From NCBI GenBank assembly GCA_964016885.1, contig OZ024747.1, positions 92,256,001 through 92,320,000 of the forward strand: 64,000 nucleotides of DNA. The letters are read 5' to 3'. Made by a program: the position numbers and the translations under genes. The notes below the pieces were generated by a model. It saw nothing but the letters and a program-made list of their open reading frames with translations. It ran no database searches and had not been told where the DNA came from. The DNA comes from Eledone cirrhosa. Lineage: Eukaryota. How positions within the stretch are numbered: the first letter of the stretch is position 1; the number at the start of each line of letters is the position of its first letter. Shown here in pieces: positions 56,199 to 64,000 of the stretch.

Positions 56199-59100
56199 CT
56201 AAATGTTAAAAAAGGTTCATTGATTATTCAATGAATATAGTTTTACAATAGATTAAAAGCACTCAACAAGGAAATTTTCTGCCAAGACTGGAATTGATGA
56301 AGGTATTAAAATGACAATGTTTAATAAAAAAACAAATAATGAAATAATGAAATATTGACGAAATAGGGGATGAATATTTACGACGGATAAAAACCCCAAC
56401 ATTTTGGCAAATCAACGCCTGTTTATATGCCTTAGCAACGACAGTGAAGCATTATCTTGGTGATAGCAGAGATATTTACAAGAACAGAACACCACCAAAA
56501 ATACCATCATATATAACTAAAGTAGAACAAAAGATTGCTGACCTACGAAAAAACATAGGATATGTGACAATGCTCCTTACATGCAAACAAACACAAAAAA
56601 ACTCACTCCTCACTAACAAAGAGTGACAAATAAAGTAAAGACGATGTTTGGTAACAGTAGAACCAGAACTCTCCAATATAAGCTGATCACCTTCAAACAA
56701 GAATTGAGAGCTGTTAGAGAAAAACGCCGATACCTGAAGAAGGTAGATGAGAGAAAAGTGATTAATAAAAGATTCAGACGAAACCAAACATCAGTCTATA
56801 GAGATATGAAGGGCAAAATAATAAATGTCACTGAGGCCCCATCCCAGAAATACATAGATTCCTTTTGGAGCAAAATATGGGGTGAAAAGAAGAATTTCAA
56901 CCAAGATGCAGTGTGGCTAAGAGAAATCCGAAAGAACTATTGCTCCTACACTACAACAAAAACATACGAAATAAGTGAGGGTACCCTTGAGACTGTGATA
57001 GGAAAACTCCAAGATAAGAAAACACCAGGAAGAGACATGATTGTCGGCTACTGGTACAAAAAACTGACATTCTATCGGAGGTATCTTACTGACCTCTATC
57101 AACAAGTTCTTAAGGGAGATACACTAATACCAGAATGGTTGACATTAGCACAAACATTACTGGTCCCCAAGAACAAAGACACCCACTTGGCAAAAAACTA
57201 CCGATCCATTGCATGCCAGAACCTGATGTATAAGATGTATACAGCCTGCCTGAACCTATTCCTCCAAGATCACTGAAAATAATAACATCATCACAGATGA
57301 ACAAGCAGCTGGAGAGAAAGGGTTTTGGGGATGTGCTGAACAACTCCTAATCAACAAAACTGCGATGTCGGATGTGCGACAACTTAGAAGGAATATGGCT
57401 ACAGTCTGGCTGGACTACAGGAAAGCTTTCGATTCTGTTCCCCACTCTTGGATGATAGGGGCCCTCCAACTTGCTAAAGTCCCAGACATTATTGTCAGAG
57501 CCATAGAGAGGTTGTCTTCTTATTGGGCTACTATCCTAAGGTTAAAGATAGAGAGGGAGGACTCTATTTTCACTGATAAAATAAAATATTGCAGGGGTAT
57601 ATTTCAGGGGGACAGTCTCTCTGTGATATTATTCATCTTGTCATTAAACCCCTTGTCCTCTCTGCTCAAGAAATGTGAGGAATACATCATTGGCTCACAG
57701 GAGGACAGATATACGAACCTAACCCATAATTTCTTTGTGGACGATCTGAAACTCTATGCCAAGAACATGGATGGCATGAAGAAAAATCTTGACCTGGTTA
57801 CCACGTTCTCAAAGGATATAGGAATAGAGTTTGGCCAAGATAAATGCTCATACATGATTGTAAAGTGGGGGGAAACAACAGCCCAATCTAGCAACATTGT
57901 CATCAATGGCCTAACTGTTTCACCGATATCTGATGAGGACTGCTACAGATACCTGGGGATAGATGAGAACATATCCTATAATGGCGTCTGTAATAAAGAA
58001 CGCGTAACCAGGGAATACTACACCCTATTAAGAAAGATCTGGTTATCGGAACTCTCTGCGCAAAACAAAACAGTGGCTCACAATGTGTTCGCTGTGCCTG
58101 TCCTAACACCAACGTTTGGAATACTTAATTGGACGATAGACGAAATCCGAGCAGTTGATGTTGGAACTCGAAAAATACTAAACACCACCGGAAACTTCCA
58201 CATCAACAGTGAAATAGACCGCCTTTACTTGAAACGTAAGCAGGGAGGCAGAGTCCTAACATCAGTCCAGACAACATTTGAATGTCGCATCATATCTCTC
58301 CGAATATATCTACGAACCTCGAAGCGTAGGAGCCCGTTTCTCGAGCAAGCCTATCTGCATGAAACAGATAATATCATGAGAGTTGGGAAGGAACTCCTCG
58401 AGAGATATTCCCTGTGTGATAATCAAAAATTCACACCCAGGGATGTCGCTCAGCAGTATCGCAGTGAATCCATGGATGAAAAACTGCATGCTTATCAGGA
58501 AAAAATCATGCATGGATATGTTGCCAGGAAGCTCCAGAGTGAGAGTAATACAGATAAGGAAAGTAGTCTATCTTGGACCAACAACCGTTATATTGGCTCC
58601 CACTTTGAAGGATACGCTTTTGCAATCCAAGAACAGGAGATTAACACGAAATACCTGATTCACAAAAGAGATAGGGATGCAGGCAAAACACCTAGATGTG
58701 ATAACAAGTGCAGACTCTGCAGAACTAACATCGAGGATATCACCCATGTCATCAGCAGCTGTCCAAAGATGTCATCGCAGTACTATCTACCTATGAGGCA
58801 TGATGTAGTGGCCAAAGCACTGTACAATGCAGTTCGTAAAAAAAGATAGCCTCGATAATAAACACATTAAAAGCTACAGCAATGTGGAAGACATCCATGT
58901 ACATAATATGAAAGATTACTGGTGGAATGTTCCAGTAAAAACCCCAATAAAATGAAGGCATAACAGACCAGATATTATGATATGGGACAGGGAGAAGAAA
59001 GCATGCACAGTAGTGGAAATTAGCTGCCCAGCAGATGCCAATATAATATCAAAGATTAGTGAAAAGGAGAATAGTTATGCAGAACTGATGAGAAATCTGC

Positions 59101-59531
59101 AGATACTCCACCCTCATTACACCTTCAGATTTATGCCTATGATTATTGTGGCACTGGGGTATGTTAGTAACTGCCTCAATACAAATCTTGAGAAGCTAGG
59201 CTTCACAGGAACAGAAAGAACACAACTAGTTAGGAAATTACAAGTACAATCCATTAATGGAACAGTAAAAATATGTAAAACATTCCAAAAATGTTGCATC
59301 TAATAACTGCATATACACATGTACAGATGCAAAGCATATACACATGCACACATACAACTCAAAACATACACATCCACACATACAATAACATCCATATCTA
59401 CACATGCATGCATACATACATATCTACCTAGTTGATGTTGTGTAAATTCCAATGAGAGAGTCTTGTGTCTATGTTAGAAACCGACTCTCTCTCTCTATTG
59501 GTAAAACTTTGTGAAATTATAAAACCAGAAG
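56198..59531 (+). mobile_element. 5'-truncated Dong/R4-clade non-LTR retrotransposon (RT + CCHC + REL), mutated
   Basis: WLDYRKAFDSVPHSW, GIFQGDSLS, FVDDLKLYA, YRYLG, CRLC...EDITHVISSC, RHDVVA, NRPDI, VEISCP. Stops and frameshifts present. The 3' UTR abuts (TACA)n. Confidence 0.9.
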
Positions 59532-59756
59532 TACATACATACATACATACATACATACATACATACATACATACATACATACATACATACATACATACAT
59601 ACATACATACATACATACATACATACATACATGTGTACATGAACGCTGACACAAGAAACGACGAGAATTTCTTTTTCTTTACAATCTTGTTACTGGTAAA
59701 ATGGACGGTCAAAAATAAATTCAAAATTATAAGAAAGAGTGAACATACATACATAC

Positions 59757-60300
59757 ATGGTGGCTGCCAACTCGTTTTCGAGTACGGCCACTACTTTATA
59801 TCCATGTAGGAGAACCCCTACCGATGCGCTGAACGAGTGTGACTTTTTAGTCCAGCCAGCGACTTGAAAACTCTGGTACAAACACTACACTTGTGACAAT
59901 TATTGACACATAGTGCTGGGCCCATGGTACCATGTGACGACAAGTGCAGAGAGATCTCCAGATACAAAGCAATGCCTGTGCCGTGAAGCATTTATAGTGA
60001 GCAAAGGCACTGCACAAAGCCAGTCCCACTCTCTTAACCAAGATGATATTTACCAAAAAGAAGAACAAGTCAACATCATTGGATACCATCAGGGTTGCAG
60101 GTGTTATATCAGAGTTTTCCTTCTCCTAGAATTCTGCCTTGACAAAGGCTAAAGGGTCATCTCTCCCGGTGATTTTGGATGGCCATTGACTCTTAAGAGC
60201 TCATTTGCCCTTTGACAGGTTTTGTTTTAGTCCTGCAGGATGTCCAAAGTCACCCTCCTCACCAAGAAACCTTGGTGGGGTTGCCAGTTTAGTCGCCAAC
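59757..60300 (-). mobile_element. ~540-bp bipartite RTE-derived non-autonomous element in (CATA)n
   Basis: The 5' part contains ctaggagaaggaaaactctga (RTE 5'UTR-like). The 3' part encodes a C2H2 remnant. (CATA)n on both sides. Confidence 0.65.
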
Positions 60301-60325
60301 ATACATACATACATACATACATACA

Positions 60326-60357
<32 letters not shown>

Positions 60358-60483
60358 CATACATGCCTACGTACATACATAAGTACATACATACATACGT
60401 ACACACATATATACATACGTACACACATACATATATACATACATACATATATACATGCATGCCTACGTACATACGTACATGAT

Positions 60484-60520
<37 letters not shown>

Positions 60521-60956
60521 CATTATTAGTATACATATGTAAAAAGTCGTATAGTGTCATGTGAACTGTCGCCATGATAAACGTTTTCTGAATATATTAA
60601 TAATTAACCCCAGTGATTTTGTGTTTCTTCATATGTTTGAATTTAATTTGAAATTGAAAAAGTAATATTTCCTCGTTATTAGAAAACCTTTACTATATTA
60701 GCCGGTCAGTAGGTGATATTTCTCGCGAGATTCACGTTTTCTTTTCAAGTGGATATTATATAAATTATTTGAACATAGTTACCTATTATTTTTTATGTTT
60801 ATACATTGAACTGTAGGCGGCAAAATGAGTCGTTAGTACGTTGGATAGAATGCCTACCGATGGTTTTTCATTCTTTTGGAGTCGATGAGAAAATTGCTAG
60901 TCCAGTACTGGGTTCAATTCTTCCTGTATATCTTTCTCACTTCCTATATATTATCC

Positions 60957-61040
<84 letters not shown>

Positions 61041-61230
61041 TCTCTCTTTCCTCTCCTGGAAGACATTGGCCATGTTTAAACCGTGAAAGAAAAAGAGCTC
61101 TACCAGGTTTTTTTAAATGCCCCCAAAACACTCTATATCACCGTGGAACCCCTATGACTCCACCAATTTAATCTGGGGGTTGTTTAAGACCTTACTATTA
61201 TCGCTAAATATTATAGTTATGTACATTGGC

Positions 61231-61428
61231 TATTTCATTCGAGAGTGAACTTAAGTCAGGTTAATGGGCTGCTGAATCCTACCAGCGCAACGATAGGTTA
61301 TTTCATTCGAGAATCAACTTAAGTCGAGTTGGTGGGTTGCTAAATCCTACCAGCACAACAATAGGTTATTTCATTCGAGAGTCAACTTAAGTCGGGTTAA
61401 TGGGTCGCTAAACCCTACCAGCACAACT
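61231..61428. repeat. Three diverged ~68-bp tandem units
   Basis: tatttcattcgagagtcaacttaagtc...aatcctaccagcacaac x3. Confidence 0.85.
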
Positions 61429-62571
61429 AGACTGAAAGTGATACTTCATTCCGAAACTTGTAGTTCATCTAGCAATAAATAAATATCAGAAGAATGTAGA
61501 GTCATTATTGTAAGTAGTAATGGTGGAATTCATCCCCATCAGTTTTAACTTTCAGTGTTCCAATTAGTAGATCACTGGATCACACTGCTTGGAAACTTAA
61601 CGTACAAGTGGCTCTGCATTCCACAAACACGTGTATTCTTAACATAAGTTTTCAGGAAGATTCGGCTTGACATAAGGTGTGATAAAGCTGGCCCTACGCG
61701 CTCCTAAACTTTTTTCCTCGACCCAATTTCACTCAAAAGGCATGGGACGACCCAAGTATATGATAAATGACACTTTCCCAAGATTTCATCCAGTGGGATC
61801 GAATTGTGGACCCAATGAGTGCGAATGAACTTTTTAACCATTCAGCTACGAAACAGTTAAATTACTGTATTATTGTTTGCTATCTTGTAAACATGAGATT
61901 AAATCGTTATTTTGAGTATAAACTAGAGAACGATTGAACATAGCTTGGCTACGTTCTCGTGTTTTGTTGGACGTTGTTTATTAGGTGGTGATACATTATC
62001 AACAAGCACCAGCAAGTTGATATACAATCCCGTCGAGCCTAGACAGTGACCCAGTTTTATTTTTTGGCAACAATCATATAGCTTTAATTACATTGCCAAC
62101 ATCACTGGAAAATATCTAAGAAATCAATATATGATGTGTATTACATTGTTTCACTTTCTCCAAATTTAAGCGGTGAGAAGATAGACCAGGGATCAGTCTT
62201 TAAATTAAATAAGAGGCTGAATGTTTATTTATATTTCTCAACACAAATCTAGTCTAAGCTGAAAAAAGAAAATATCATAACGTCGATTCAATTTGCGCGA
62301 ATATTCTGCCACAAAATGTAATCAAACATTATGTTTATTTATGTTTTTCTCCCATCCGGACCCTCTCTGGGGTCTCGGGATACATACTTTTGTGCTTCCG
62401 TCTCACGCCTCACAGGACAGGTCGTAGGCTCATCGCCAGATTTTGCAGTATTGGGTGGTGACTACAATATAGTTTTCGAACAGGTCTCTTTACCAAAGGT
62501 CCTGAATATGTCCCTTGTTATCCCACGCGAAGGACGATGTGATATGACGATCCTACCAGGAATATGTGGGC

Positions 62572-62654
62572 GAAGAAGAAGAAGAAGAAGAAGAAGAAGA
62601 AGAAGAAGAAGAAGAAGAAGAAGAAGAAGAAGAAGAAGAAGAAGAAGAAGAAGA
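62572..62654. repeat. (GAA)n microsatellite
   Basis: Direct inspection. Confidence 0.95.
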
Positions 62655-62824
62655 CTTAGTATATAGTATATTATGGACTATGCAGTATGGACTATATAGC
62701 ATGGACTATAGTTTATTACGTATCACTAAGAAATATTGCAGAACTTTTGTTATCTACTTTGGACACATTAGAAGAAATGGCATTCTAGTAATTAGTATTA
62801 AATCAATAATATTATTAAGCTAAA

Positions 62825-63632
62825 CGGTGAATTGGCAGTATCGGTAGAGGGTCGCACTCCATGCTTTGACGCATAGAGTTACGGCCCTTGCTATTCTGAG
62901 TTCAAATCCCGCCGAGATTAACTTTGCCTTTCATCCTTACGGGGAATTGCTGGCCTTGTGCCAAAAGTAGAAACAATTATTAAGCTAAATCAATATCATT
63001 ATTATAAAGTACCAGTAATGCACTGGGATAATTGCTGGCATGGTGCCTAAAGTAGAAACCATTATTATGCTAATTGTAGGTTGTCAGTATTGGGAGAGCG
63101 TTCGACAACATGCTTTGCAGCATAGAGTTACGTCTCTTTACGTTCTGAATTCAAATCCCGCCGAGGTTAGCTTTGCCTTTCATCCTTACGGGGTCAATAA
63201 AATAAAGTACCACTGGAGTTGATTTAATCGACTTTCCTTTCCCCTTGAATTGTTGACCTTGTGCCTAAAATTGTGAATTGGCAATATTGGGAGGGCGTCG
63301 GACAACATGCTTTGAAGCAGAGTGTTACAGCCCTTTACTCTCTGAGTTCAAATCCCACCGAGGTTATAATAAAGTACCAGTAATGCACTGAGGTCGATTT
63401 AATCGATTTTCCCTTTTCTTCAAAATGTTTGGCCTTGTGCCTAAATCAGAAACCATTATTATACTAGTATCGAAAGAGGGTCGCACTCCATGCTTTGATG
63501 CATTGAGTTACGGCCCTTGGCATTCTGAGTTCAAATCCCGCCGAGGTTAACTTTGCCTTTCATTCTTACGGGGTCGATAAAATAAAGTACCAGTAATTCA
63601 CTGTAACTGTGTCAAAAGTAGAAACAATTATT
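62825..63632 (+). mobile_element. Cluster of about five head-to-tail major SINE copies or fragments
   Basis: Repeated gagttcaaatcccgccgagg and gtagaaacaatta ends. Confidence 0.8.
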
Positions 63633-64000
63633 ATACTAAAAATATATTGTTATAAGAATAAAACCCCCATTCAAAAAGATTGTGAGGAATTGTTGAGAAT
63701 GAACAAATTGATATATCTAGTAGATTAAGAAGCTGTTCAGAAACAAATTGAGCGGGTATGGTATTGGGTAATATAATGTACAACTGTAATGAATGGGACT
63801 TTGTTTGATACATCATGTCTACATCAAGATGTATTGTGTGTGGGCAATGATAATTTATGAAATATTAATGACTTGTAATGTGTTTAAGATAATTCAATAA
63901 TATATAACTAACTATGAAATGTGTACTATCATGCCTGAAGTATAATTTGAAATATTATAAGATATCTTATTAAGAATATTCAGGAATGACATGTCAGCGT

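Overview
AT-rich eukaryotic DNA, very probably an octopus or other coleoid cephalopod, judged from the tRNA-derived SINE family and the microsatellite load. It is dominated by (TA)n/(TG)n/(TACA)n/(TAG)n repeats and retroelements. These include a full-length but mutated Vingi/Ingi-type LINE with a 5' HDV-like ribozyme fold, a Dong/R4-type LINE, Tx1/L1, RTE, CRE and CR1/Jockey fragments, many SINEs, Tc1/pogo MITEs and a non-autonomous Helitron-like element. Host coding sequence is sparse. There is one convincing minus-strand first coding exon (710..335, missed by the ORF track) and a candidate plus-strand gene whose last exon (11297..11518) encodes pentapeptides separated by Lys-Arg, like a peptide precursor. 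The most striking signal is a set of unrelated short (TA)n-embedded, often palindromic, Penelope-like (PLE) elements that each carry a type I hammerhead-ribozyme fold. One has two canonical hammerheads 466 nt apart (retrozyme-like), two families carry the compensated U3-A8 core, and several fold-back junctions sit on the ribozyme's stem II. All RNA folds and exon models were derived by eye and need computational or experimental checks. Most ORFs in the supplied track are microsatellite artefacts.
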